DNA of 64,000 nt from an uncultured Gammaproteobacteria bacterium. Lineage in GTDB: Bacteria > Patescibacteriota > Patescibacteriia > 2-01-FULL-39-33. Of this stretch, positions 38,318-47,980 are shown one piece after another. The notes beneath the pieces are model-generated. The model was given only the letters and a program-made list of their open reading frames with translations. It ran no database searches and had not been told where the DNA came from. Position numbers and translations under genes: made by a program. The DNA is taken from contig CAZEKG010000003.1 in NCBI GenBank assembly GCA_964512625.1, positions 22,953 through 86,952 on the forward strand, given 5' to 3'. The stretch's first letter is position 1, and every line of letters begins with the position of its first letter.

Positions 38318-38467
38318 ATGTTAGTTACTATCGCCATTGTTTTAATCGTTTTGTGGCTTATAGGATTAGTTACATCTTACACTATTGGAGGCTTTATCCA
38401 TGTCCTTCTCGTTCTGGCCATTATTATGATCTTAATAAGGTTGATTAGGGGCCAGAGAGTTATTTGA
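38318..38467 (+). CDS. lmo0937-family small membrane protein (49 aa)
   Basis: MLVTIAIVLIVLWLIGLVTSYTIGGFIHVLLVLAIIMILIRLIRGQRVI matches the lmo0937 family pattern. Preceded by an extended -10 TGTGTATAAT. Not in the ORF track because it is <60 aa. Confidence 0.55.
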   Translation: MLVTIAIVLIVLWLIGLVTSYTIGGFIHVLLVLAIIMILIRLIRGQRVI

Positions 38468-38501
38468 GATTTTTTTGTGATTAATCCTTAAAAAACAAAA
38501 A

Positions 38502-38531
38502 CCCCGCCGCGAGAAATCGGGCGGGGTTTTT
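38502..38531. terminator. bidirectional terminator
   Basis: CCCCGCCGCGAGAAATCGGGCGGGG followed by TTTTT, between the small membrane protein gene and cspA. Confidence 0.75.
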
Positions 38532-38545
38532 GTGAGTTTAGGCTA

Positions 38546-38749
38546 TTAAGCGGCCATTTGGACGTTAACGGCATTCATACCCTTAGGAGATGATTCTGTT
38601 TCGAAAGAAACAGCATCGCCTTCGTGTAAATCAGAGAATTGAACTCCGACCAATGAATTGGCGTGGAAGAACAAATCTTTCTCTTGGCCTTCGGCAGTAA
38701 TGAAACCGAAGTTTTTCTCTTTTAATAGGGTTTTGATAGTACCTGTCAT
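38546..38749 (-). CDS. cspA: cold-shock protein (CspA family)
   Basis: GTIKTLLKEKNFGFITAEGQEKDLFFH RNP1/RNP2 motifs; 67 aa. Confidence 0.9.
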   Translation of the reverse strand: MTGTIKTLLKEKNFGFITAEGQEKDLFFHANSLVGVQFSDLHEGDAVSFETESSPKGMNAVNVQMAA

Positions 38750-38950
38750 AGAGTTGAGGCTTAGTTTTTAAAATTGTTTAAATAAAGATTTTAAAACCGA
38801 CAATTTTAAAACGCGATATTTCTCAGTTATTCTAGCATTTAAAGCTGGGAGTGTCAATGTTAATTTTTTTTGATTTTAGGCTAGCTTAAAAAAGTTTGCT
38901 TGATTTGACAAATAAGAGGTAAGATACTATTCTATTAAGATGGTTATTTT

Positions 38951-40702
38951 ATGGAATCAGAGACTAAAAAAATAAAAATTCAACCCAATCCAGGCTTGGT
39001 TAGCTTATTAAAAAGGTATTCCGGGCTGATTTTGTTATTGATTTTTTTAGCTCTTTTAAGCAATGGTTTGACTTTATGGGTTCCGATAATTATTTCCCGC
39101 GGCATCGACAGTTTTCTTCGCGGGCAATTCGCTTTTGCGAGCGTCATGACAGAGTTTTCTTTAGCCGCTATTTTAATTTTTATCTTTACTTATCTTCAAA
39201 GTATAGCCCAGACTTACGCTTCGGAGAAAGTGGCTCGCGATTTGCGCCGGGACTTGTCGGATAAGATCGCCGGCCAAAGCTATCTTGCCGTCCAAAAGAT
39301 TACGCCGGCTAAGCTCCTTACCAACCTGACTTCCGATATCAATGCGGTTAAGAATCTTGTTTCCCAGGCGATTGTCAGTATTGTTTCCTCAATCTTTATA
39401 ATTATTGGAACAACGATTCTATTGCTGATGATCGATTGGCAATTGGCTTTAGCTGTTTTAACGATTGTCCCGATTATCGGCGGAACTTTCTTTTTTGTCC
39501 TTTCTAAGCTCAGGCCGTTATTCCTTAAGACTCGCGAAGTCATCGATTGGCTTAACAAGGTTATTAATGAGAGCATTTTAGGATCGTCGCTTATCCGGGT
39601 TCTTAATTCCCAACAGCCGGAATACGAAAAATTCTTGGCGGCTAATACGGAAGCGAAAAATTTAGGTTTAAAAATTTTAATGCTTTTTGCCAGTATGATT
39701 CCGATTATTATGTTCGTTTCCAACCTGGCTATTTTAATCATCTTGGTTTTAGGCGGCCATTTTGTTATGACTGGCGACCTGACTTTAGGCAACTTTACCG
39801 CATTTAACGGTTATTTAGCGATTCTAATTTTCCCGATCTTAATTATCGGTTTCATGAGTAATGTTATCGCTCAAGCCCAGGCTTCATATAGCCGAGTAGC
39901 CGCCGTTCTTATATCGCCGGAGATAAAAAGGCGAGGAAAATTATCCGGCCAGTTGCGCGGCGAAATAAAATTAACTGAAGTAAATCTTAATTATGGCGAA
40001 AAGCCGGCTTTGAAAGATATTTCCCTAATAATTAAGCCGGGAACAAGGACGGCGATTATTGGTCCTGCGGCGGCGGGAAAAACTCAGTTATTATATCTTC
40101 TAATCGGTTTGATCGAACCTGATTCCGGCCGTATTGAGTATGACGGCCAAGATATTAAGGAGTATGATCAGGAGAATCTTCATAAACAGGTAGGATTAGT
40201 TTTTCAGGATAGCATTATTTTCAATATGAGCTTAAGGGAGAATATCGCTTTCAATAGCGAAGTTAAAGAAGGCGATTGGCGTAAGGCGATTGAAACCGCC
40301 GAGCTCCAGGATTTTATCGAAGCTTTGCCGGAGGGATTGGAGACGATTGTTTCCGAAAGGGGAGCTAGTCTTTCCGGTGGCCAAAAACAGCGAGTCATGT
40401 TGGCTCGAGCTCTCTCTCTTAATCCTAAGATATTGCTCCTTGATGATTTTACGGCGCGAGTCGATAGTATTACCGAACAGAAGATTTTAAGCAATATCAG
40501 TAAGAATTATCCCGGACTCACTCTCTTATCCGTTACTCAAAAAATCTCGGCCGTAGAAAATTATGATCAGATTATCCTACTTATGGAAGGGGAGATAATC
40601 GCCTCCGGTTCGCATGATCAGCTATTAGCTACTTCGCCCGAGTACGCTCAAATTTACGATTCACAGCAAAGCACCAGTTCTTATGAATTACAACCTGAAT
40701 AA
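38951..40702 (+). CDS. ABC exporter, fused permease/ATP-binding subunit (heterodimer partner 1)
   Basis: Six-TM N-terminal domain, Walker A GPAAAGKT, signature LSGGQKQR, Walker B ILLLDD. Confidence 0.85.
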   Translation: MESETKKIKIQPNPGLVSLLKRYSGLILLLIFLALLSNGLTLWVPIIISRGIDSFLRGQFAFASVMTEFSLAAILIFIFTYLQSIAQTYASEKVARDLRRDLSDKIAGQSYLAVQKITPAKLLTNLTSDINAVKNLVSQAIVSIVSSIFIIIGTTILLLMIDWQLALAVLTIVPIIGGTFFFVLSKLRPLFLKTREVIDWLNKVINESILGSSLIRVLNSQQPEYEKFLAANTEAKNLGLKILMLFASMIPIIMFVSNLAILIILVLGGHFVMTGDLTLGNFTAFNGYLAILIFPILIIGFMSNVIAQAQASYSRVAAVLISPEIKRRGKLSGQLRGEIKLTEVNLNYGEKPALKDISLIIKPGTRTAIIGPAAAGKTQLLYLLIGLIEPDSGRIEYDGQDIKEYDQENLHKQVGLVFQDSIIFNMSLRENIAFNSEVKEGDWRKAIETAELQDFIEALPEGLETIVSERGASLSGGQKQRVMLARALSLNPKILLLDDFTARVDSITEQKILSNISKNYPGLTLLSVTQKISAVENYDQIILLMEGEIIASGSHDQLLATSPEYAQIYDSQQSTSSYELQPE

Positions 40703-42449
40703 GTCATCGGATGGCTTAAAAAATAAAACCTCTAACTTGGAAGCGGCGAAAACGATTTGGCCGTTCATTCGGACTGAGAGAAAAATAATCCTAATCGCTT
40801 TAGTTGCTATTATTATTAATGCGGGCATGAATTTATTGGCGCCGCGACTAATCGCTCATGTGGTTGATACTTTTATTCCGTCTAAAGATTATCAAAGCCT
40901 CTTGATGTATGCTGGTATTATCTTAGTCATGTATTTATTATCTTTGGTTGCCAGTTACGCCCAAACAAGATTGATGGGCAGTGCCGGCCAGCGAATGATT
41001 TTCCGCTTGCGCAATGCCATTTTCGGTAAGTTGCAGGAATTACCAGTCGCTTTTTTCAATCAAAACAAGGCCGGAGACCTTATCTCTCGCATCAATAATG
41101 ATACGGAAAATATCAATCAGTTCTTTTCCCAGTCTTTAGTCCAATTTATGGGCAGCATTTTCTTGATGTTCGGCGCTGCCATTTTTTTACTTAGTATAAA
41201 CCTTGAATTGGGAGCGGCTTCTTTAACACCGGCTGTGTTGTTGATAATTTTTACGCAAGTCCTTTCGCCTTGGGTTAAGAAAAAAAATCTGAAGAGTATG
41301 CAATCTTTAGGCGGCCTCAGTTCCGAGATCCAGGAAAGTCTCAATAATTTTAAGGTTATCATCGCTTTCAATCGCCGCGATTATTTTAAGAAGCGATTCC
41401 AGGAAGTTAATGAAGATAATTACCATGCTTCGGTTAAGGCGGGCATTGCTAATAACATCTTCGCGCCTGTTTACGGCTTAGCGGCGAGCGTCGGGCAGCT
41501 GATTGTTCTTGGCTTCGGCCTTTATCTTATTTCGACCGGCCAATTTACTATTGGCTTATTGATTAGCTTCCTCGTTTATATTAATAATTTTTATAACCCT
41601 TTGCGCCAGTTAGCGGCTCTTTGGGCTAGCTTCCAAGCTTCCTTGGCTAGTTGGGATCGTGTCAATGAAATACTAGCTTTAGAAACAGATTTAACTTTAT
41701 GGCCGGCGAGCGAATCGATTAGGGCTGAGGCACCTTTATTGGAATTTAAGCATGTTAATTTTAAATATCCCGACGGCAATGAAATTCTTCATAATATCAA
41801 TCTTGAATTAGAGCGAGGAAAAACTTATGCCTTAGTCGGGCCGACTGGCGGCGGAAAAACGACGACGGCTTCTTTAATGGCTAGGCTGTATGACCCGACT
41901 TCGGGCGAAGTCAGTCTCTTAGGGCGGGATATCCGCTCTTACGAGTCGAAGGCAAGAACGAAGAAAATCGGCTTTATTCTTCAGGAGCCTTTCCTTTTCA
42001 GCGGAACCATTCGCGATAATATAGTATATGGCAATGAAACTTATGCCGATTTTTCAAACGAGGAATTGGAGGCGGTTATTAAGCAAGCCGGGCTGGAATC
42101 GCTGTTGTCGAGGTTTGATCAGGGCTTAGAAACTAAAGTCGCGGCTTCCGGCGAAACGATCAGTTTAGGCCAGAAGCAACTCATCGCTTTTATTCGCGCT
42201 TTTTTACGACAGCCGGAACTTTTAATTCTCGATGAGGCGACCGCCAATATCGATACGGTGACGGAGAGCTTATTGGAAGAGATTCTAAAAAAATTGCCGG
42301 CTTCGACGACGAAAGTCATTATCGCTCATCGCCTTAATACGATTGCTAGTGCCGATGAAATATTTTTTGTTAATGCCGGCCAGGTTATAAAAGCCGGGTC
42401 GATGGAACATGCGGTTGAAATGCTGCTTCATGGGAAGCGGGGGAGTTAA
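40683..42449 (+). CDS. ABC exporter, fused permease/ATP-binding subunit (heterodimer partner 2)
   Basis: Walker A GPTGGGKTT, signature ISLGQKQL, Walker B LILDEAT; 20-nt overlap with the upstream partner. Confidence 0.85.
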   Translation: MNYNLNKSSDGLKNKTSNLEAAKTIWPFIRTERKIILIALVAIIINAGMNLLAPRLIAHVVDTFIPSKDYQSLLMYAGIILVMYLLSLVASYAQTRLMGSAGQRMIFRLRNAIFGKLQELPVAFFNQNKAGDLISRINNDTENINQFFSQSLVQFMGSIFLMFGAAIFLLSINLELGAASLTPAVLLIIFTQVLSPWVKKKNLKSMQSLGGLSSEIQESLNNFKVIIAFNRRDYFKKRFQEVNEDNYHASVKAGIANNIFAPVYGLAASVGQLIVLGFGLYLISTGQFTIGLLISFLVYINNFYNPLRQLAALWASFQASLASWDRVNEILALETDLTLWPASESIRAEAPLLEFKHVNFKYPDGNEILHNINLELERGKTYALVGPTGGGKTTTASLMARLYDPTSGEVSLLGRDIRSYESKARTKKIGFILQEPFLFSGTIRDNIVYGNETYADFSNEELEAVIKQAGLESLLSRFDQGLETKVAASGETISLGQKQLIAFIRAFLRQPELLILDEATANIDTVTESLLEEILKKLPASTTKVIIAHRLNTIASADEIFFVNAGQVIKAGSMEHAVEMLLHGKRGS

Positions 42450-42473
42450 AATTATAAAAAAGAGATATATAAA

Positions 42474-42500
42474 AATCCCCGTTGAGAGGGGATTTTTATT
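42474..42500 (+). terminator. terminator of the ABC exporter operon
   Basis: AAAATCCCCGTTGAGAGGGGATTTTT hairpin followed by a T-run. Confidence 0.7.
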
Positions 42501-42812
42501 TTTGGGTCAGGCACTGTCGGGTCTTATAACAGTGCTCGAGGATAAAGAGTATATGGTTACTTTACGGGAAAAAATGAATAATATCAAGAAAGTTGCCAAG
42601 TTTTACAATTACGACCTCCTGCTAGCCAAAAAGTAAAACGTTATTGCCCCTTGTCTGCCCTTGGGGCGAGCTTTGTACCCCGGGTAGACCTTTGACACCT
42701 CCTGCGACATAGCCCACCGGTTTGACGAATTTTGAAAGCTTGGGACGATTTGCTTAACTTCGGAAAAGTTAAGCAAATATGACTCCGCTAGACTTGTTCT
42801 CCGGGCGAGCGT

Positions 42813-43136
42813 ATGTTCTTGCTTGCTATGGAAGACGATGACATTGAGGCGATCCTTCGGGACGCTAAAAACATAAGAATGCCACATCGACGCGGATCAT
42901 TTAATCCGTTATCTTCACTTCCGGAACCTAAAGCCAAGATCAAACAAGCGATTAAAGAACGAATCAGACTCTTGGCTGGTGCTTATATCTCGCTCGCTGG
43001 ATTTGTTGATGATGACGATATCAGGTTTGCCGAGGATAATCCAAAGTCAAAGAAAACTCGAGCAATATATCTCAAAGTGCTCGAGGACATGGAAATAGCA
43101 AAGAAAGAGATGCGGGAGTTCAAACTGTTAAATTAA
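42813..43136 (+). CDS. hypothetical protein (GC-rich segment at the left edge of the defense/mobile island)
   Basis: 107-aa ORF in a ~500-nt GC-rich patch; weak RBS; converges on the STAND gene with a 33-nt gap. Confidence 0.3.
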   Translation: MFLLAMEDDDIEAILRDAKNIRMPHRRGSFNPLSSLPEPKAKIKQAIKERIRLLAGAYISLAGFVDDDDIRFAEDNPKSKKTRAIYLKVLEDMEIAKKEMREFKLLN

Positions 43137-43169
43137 ATACCCCTTAGTTTAATCGTAATTTGTTTCTTT

Positions 43170-46100
43170 CTAAATTATATTTTCCCTCAAAATATATCCA
43201 ACAACAGAGCCTTTTACTATTAAGAAATCTAGTACCACCAAAACCTCGTCTTTCAATTTTTTGGTTTCTCTTATTTTTGTGCGGTTTTTATAAATATACT
43301 TTCTGATCAGATTTTCAATATAGAAAAGAGTATTGACTTCAAGCTTAACAGTAAGCAGATTTTGATTTTTTACCAGCATATCTGACACCCAGAGTACGCC
43401 ATCATCCATATAATTACTTCCGATATCGTTCAGTAGTTTTGAAATTGCGTAAAGGGTTGAGGCACATTGTCCTATACTCTCTGAAATTTCTTTAAAAAAA
43501 ATTTTATCGTCATCTCTGAACGTATGCCATTCGGTAGCAGATTCCTTCCACGGATTTTGAGCAAAAAGATAGCTTTTAATAATTTTATCAACGTACCAAT
43601 ATCCATCTCCCTTTTTGCAAACCTCAACTATCTTCTCCTTAAACATTCTCCAGACTTCCCAAAATACCTCATACGAATTTAAGTAATCCTCAGCAGATAT
43701 AAATTCTTCAAAGAGATTAGCGATTGCCTCTGAACTATTAAATTTATCCAGAAATGGTTTAAGATATTCTCGAATTTCTTCTTTTGGAGAACTTAAGACG
43801 AAATAGGCTAATTTTTCTAGAAAACCATGCCTGACCTCATAATCAACCCTGTCTTCTCTGTCGCTTGAAATTAATTTTTCGGCAAAAGCAGAAATAATTT
43901 TTTTGACTATTATTTTATGTTCTTCATTTTTTGTTTTTAGAGGAACTAATTGGAAAGCTGTTTTTAATGTATGCAAATCTACCTGCTCAATATTTCCTAC
44001 ATCACTGATTAATAATTGATTGTTTTGGATTTTCTCTAAATAAGCCTTGTTTTCTTTCAAGAACTTTTTCATTACATCACCGTCTTTTATATCGTACTGA
44101 TTCTTTTTATATTTTTCTTGGCGTATCTTTTCTCTCAGGCCATCAAATTTTGGTTTCAATAATAGATAACCCAATAATACTGACTGGGTATCATCAAAGT
44201 TGGTGCCCCATAGTTTATGAATGGCTGTAATTGAAAATGCGTTAAAACTTGTACCAGCCATATCAATTGGGTAATAGTTGAACAAGTTAAACAACAAAAT
44301 TTCTTTTATTTTTGCTTTTTCTTTTGGAAATTTCTCAAATAGAAGTGGTAATACCGAGATTGCAGATTGTGCACCATCGATTGTCTGATATCGGTAATTG
44401 GGTCCAGAAGACAAAGACACTACTTCTAAAACGATTCGGTTGCAAAACTCAGCTTCTTCTTTTGAAAGCTTTTCAAAAAAATCTCTAATCATGACAGAAC
44501 AAACTTCTACTGGGATAGAATTATTTAAAAGATAGAAACCTTCTTCTTCAGAATGCTGAAGTTTAAAAGACTCGGGTTTCTTTGATGCTTTTAATTTTGC
44601 AAGGATTTCTTCGGCTTCTTTAAGCGCAAGGCTTGGGTTGTCTTCATACTGTTTGTACTGCTTATATTTTTCATCATTTACGAACCTAAAATTTGCCCAT
44701 AATTTTAATTGCAGGTATTTAGAAGATTCGGAATTCTTTTCTAAAGATTTTTCACTGTACTCTTTTAATTCCGGATCAATTTGAGGATTAAAATTAATCA
44801 AATATCCATCGTCAGTTTTTTCTGAGACAAGATTCATCTTCCTTCTATCCATTCTTGCCAAATAAAGTCTCCAGGTTTTATCCTGTTCTGTCTCCGCTGA
44901 TGGATTGGGTAATTTTTTATAGTAATCATCCAAAATTTCCCATAATACCCGTTGTCTGTTTTTTGACTCTTCTTCGTTTAAACCCTCGTTTCGAAATAAT
45001 TGGTAATTTAAAAATAGATTTTCTAAAGACAATTTTCTGTGCTTATCATCACAAGCCTGTAGTCTTTCTGACTCATGAAATTCATTCTTTGAGTTACCAC
45101 CAAATGCTTTTAGTGATAAAAGCATACTCTTGTGCCCTTGGTCTAAAACCAACCTACTCGTATCGTAAAGGAAAAAGTTTTTCGTTTTAAAAAGAATTTT
45201 AGCGATATTAAAGGTCTTTTCAGGATATGCCAAAACAATGCTTGCTATTATGCCTGAGATAGAAGCTGATTTTGAATTTCTGAGAAGATACAAGAGCCAG
45301 CTTTCCAAGGTCTCTGAATTGGCAACCTTCCCATTTTCAAGAAAAAACTTTTCTAAAGCCATATGAATGGATTCTAGAACATGGGGAGAAGTTTGCGTTC
45401 CTCTGAATGTACACCAAAGTCTACAACTTATGTATTGCTTTATTGATTTATCTTTTTCAATAATAACTTCAACTTCTTCGACTTCGTATTTAGCAAATTC
45501 GGACTTAGCAAAATATTCGACTGTTTTATTTGTAAATTTTAATATGAAGTCTATTGTTTCTTGAAGCGAGGATTGAAGAAGCCAGTAAATCGGAGTCTGA
45601 TATGAACTGGCTGGGAAATAATCCAAATGGTCGTCTTCCATGTCAAAATACTCTTCTACTCCCATCCCCGAACGGGTATGGAAATGATCTTTAGGGGGCG
45701 TAAAAGACCAAAAAAGATCGGCTATTTGCAAAACATATTTTGGAAGGATCTTGGCAATTGTTGCACCTTCGAATTTAGTCAAAATAATTTCAGACAAATC
45801 ATGATATGGATCCCTATGGTTTTTCCACTTATTTTTTACGACTTCTTTAAAAATCTCCTCTAACTCATTTTTAATTTCAGCAGAGCTATAAATAATAGTT
45901 TGTAAGAGATTATTTTTTGTATCATCATCGGAAATATAAACATCTTTTTCTATAGTCCATTGATAGTATTTTAGTGCCATTAAGCCGGAATATTTTGTCG
46001 TTTCTCCCTCTTTAAATTTACTAGTCCAGTCGTGGATTATCGGTAAGATAAAATGGATATTTTGAATACCAACTTGATCAAAATTATCAAAAACAAATTT

Positions 46101-47975
46101 AATAAGGCATTTCCACCCCTGTCCTTTCGGTCTCGTTAAAATGTATTTGAGAGAAAAGATATTTAAATTTTGAACTCCTAATTGTTTGAAAAAGTCATCG
46201 TCAACTTCCTTACAAGCAATCCTTAAAAGGAAAAATATTCTATGTAATAAGCTTTCTTCGTATTTATAGTTGACGGTTAGAGATTGTACGACTTTGGATG
46301 AATTGTCGTACTTAACTACTTTTTCAGGTACACTTAGCAATTCATTTTTAAACAATTCAAAGAAAACAGAGGAGAAATCGGAAAGTAAAACCGAGACCAA
46401 TATTTCATCTTTCCAAAAAGATTTTATATCTTTATCCTTAATAGTTTGTTCGATAAAACTTTTGATCTCACTATTTTGTAACAACAACTTTTCCGATACC
46501 CATTTCCTGAAAGCACGACGCAAAGGCAAAGAGCTGCCTAGATTTTGAAAAAAAGTTTTATTGTCAGTCTTTTTCCCGAATTCAATCTCAATATTTTTCT
46601 CAAGTGCCCACTCCTCATAGATATCATGAGTGATGAAATATCCGTGAGGTGACTCATATCCTAAAATCCCGTCCTTCTTTAGCTCGTTATCTAGAATCCC
46701 TGATTCACAATCTGTATTAATAAAGAATTGTCCATCAGTTGCTCTCTGCAATGCCATTTTTAAAAAGCATTGTTCTCTCGCGGGTTTAGATTTAATGATT
46801 ATCTTATTCCACAGTTTGTCTTTAAAATCAGTATAGTTTATTTGTTCACCGTCCTTGTAGTATTTCAAATATTCGTTTAAGTAAAATGGATTTTTAATAA
46901 GGTCTACTAATTTTTCATCGTTGGGGAGAGAAAAATGATATATTTCAGAAAGTTTACTTAGTTCTTTTGCTTCTAAATTTTGTAAATTGATGTTTAAAGG
47001 GGCAATTTTATAAATCTCAAAAAACTGATAATTTAAATCTTCTAGATAATTATCTCTTGTTGTAAAAATAACTTTCCAATTTTCCTTAACCGCTATAGAT
47101 AAAAACTCCTTAAAGGGATCGGGGTTTTTTAAATCCAACAGTTTTTCTGCGGAATCAATTACGATAATTTTATCGCCATCATTTTTATGCCCATCTAGAA
47201 AATTCTGAAAACTGTATCCTGTAAAAAATTCGCTTATATTTCTCAGCTCAAATTCGGTTGCCTTAAAAATATAGAAGGGCATCTTACCTTTTGTTTCTTC
47301 ATAGAAGTCTTTGATGGTCGCTGTCTTTCCAACCCCACCAACACCACTTAAAATTAAAACTTTTTCTGGGCTGACCTTTATTTTTTCCAAGTCGCCACTT
47401 CTGTCTATTTTAATATTTTGACCATTAAAGATTATGGCCGTTTGTATCTCATTTAAAATATTTTCTGAATGTTCCTGTTGATTTTTTATGAGGTCAAATA
47501 TACTTTTGTCTAAACTAAAAAAATGTTTAGCTATTATTTCATTATCAACAGAAACAAAATTTGATTCAAAAAAACTAGCAGTTCTCCATTCTAATTTGAT
47601 ATTAAGTGTATTCGCCTTGCTTTCTATGTCTTTTTTCCCTTGAGGTTCTTTGCCTTTATTTTGTCCCCACTCCTCATTGGTATACAAGATTAATTTCGTA
47701 ATATTTATATAATCTCTCTTTGTCTTTTCAAGGATATTGATTAATTCAGTTGAGTGATTTGATAATGATGTACTATAAAATTTAGCCTGCCAACCTATTA
47801 CTTCTTCTTTTTCTTGAATAGGATCTGTTTCTATGGCAGATTGATTTTTATAACGAAAAATCCCAGTTGTTTTATTAAACTCTCTACAAAACAACGAATA
47901 GCAAAACCACTCAAAGTTATTTTGAGGATTTTCGCTAAATTTTGCTCTAAAGATGTCCCATGATGGCTTAATCAT
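43170..47975 (-). CDS. NB-ARC/STAND NTPase, 1601 aa: N-terminal putative nuclease-like effector + P-loop NTPase + ~1100-aa helical C-terminal region (Avs/bacterial-NLR-like antiphage candidate)
   Basis: Walker A GVGGVGKT (aa 211-218), Walker B KIIVIDSAE (aa ~270), RNBS-B-like VIFTTRD (aa 302-308), GLPL-like NPFYL. N-terminus has E22...D51...Q63-A-K65, reminiscent of PD-(D/E)xK. Last gene of an RM operon, 5-nt gap to the upstream gene. Confidence 0.7.
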   Translation of the reverse strand: MIKPSWDIFRAKFSENPQNNFEWFCYSLFCREFNKTTGIFRYKNQSAIETDPIQEKEEVIGWQAKFYSTSLSNHSTELINILEKTKRDYINITKLILYTNEEWGQNKGKEPQGKKDIESKANTLNIKLEWRTASFFESNFVSVDNEIIAKHFFSLDKSIFDLIKNQQEHSENILNEIQTAIIFNGQNIKIDRSGDLEKIKVSPEKVLILSGVGGVGKTATIKDFYEETKGKMPFYIFKATEFELRNISEFFTGYSFQNFLDGHKNDGDKIIVIDSAEKLLDLKNPDPFKEFLSIAVKENWKVIFTTRDNYLEDLNYQFFEIYKIAPLNINLQNLEAKELSKLSEIYHFSLPNDEKLVDLIKNPFYLNEYLKYYKDGEQINYTDFKDKLWNKIIIKSKPAREQCFLKMALQRATDGQFFINTDCESGILDNELKKDGILGYESPHGYFITHDIYEEWALEKNIEIEFGKKTDNKTFFQNLGSSLPLRRAFRKWVSEKLLLQNSEIKSFIEQTIKDKDIKSFWKDEILVSVLLSDFSSVFFELFKNELLSVPEKVVKYDNSSKVVQSLTVNYKYEESLLHRIFFLLRIACKEVDDDFFKQLGVQNLNIFSLKYILTRPKGQGWKCLIKFVFDNFDQVGIQNIHFILPIIHDWTSKFKEGETTKYSGLMALKYYQWTIEKDVYISDDDTKNNLLQTIIYSSAEIKNELEEIFKEVVKNKWKNHRDPYHDLSEIILTKFEGATIAKILPKYVLQIADLFWSFTPPKDHFHTRSGMGVEEYFDMEDDHLDYFPASSYQTPIYWLLQSSLQETIDFILKFTNKTVEYFAKSEFAKYEVEEVEVIIEKDKSIKQYISCRLWCTFRGTQTSPHVLESIHMALEKFFLENGKVANSETLESWLLYLLRNSKSASISGIIASIVLAYPEKTFNIAKILFKTKNFFLYDTSRLVLDQGHKSMLLSLKAFGGNSKNEFHESERLQACDDKHRKLSLENLFLNYQLFRNEGLNEEESKNRQRVLWEILDDYYKKLPNPSAETEQDKTWRLYLARMDRRKMNLVSEKTDDGYLINFNPQIDPELKEYSEKSLEKNSESSKYLQLKLWANFRFVNDEKYKQYKQYEDNPSLALKEAEEILAKLKASKKPESFKLQHSEEEGFYLLNNSIPVEVCSVMIRDFFEKLSKEEAEFCNRIVLEVVSLSSGPNYRYQTIDGAQSAISVLPLLFEKFPKEKAKIKEILLFNLFNYYPIDMAGTSFNAFSITAIHKLWGTNFDDTQSVLLGYLLLKPKFDGLREKIRQEKYKKNQYDIKDGDVMKKFLKENKAYLEKIQNNQLLISDVGNIEQVDLHTLKTAFQLVPLKTKNEEHKIIVKKIISAFAEKLISSDREDRVDYEVRHGFLEKLAYFVLSSPKEEIREYLKPFLDKFNSSEAIANLFEEFISAEDYLNSYEVFWEVWRMFKEKIVEVCKKGDGYWYVDKIIKSYLFAQNPWKESATEWHTFRDDDKIFFKEISESIGQCASTLYAISKLLNDIGSNYMDDGVLWVSDMLVKNQNLLTVKLEVNTLFYIENLIRKYIYKNRTKIRETKKLKDEVLVVLDFLIVKGSVVGYILRENII

Positions 47976-47980
47976 CGTAA

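Noticed and set aside
42600-43200. attL direct repeat of the tRNA-Arg(UCU) 3' end at the left edge of the 43-55.6 kb island
   Set aside because: I looked for CCGCCAGG / GAATCGAACC-type words near 42.6-43.2 kb and found none by eye. The boundaries are therefore left undefined rather than asserted.
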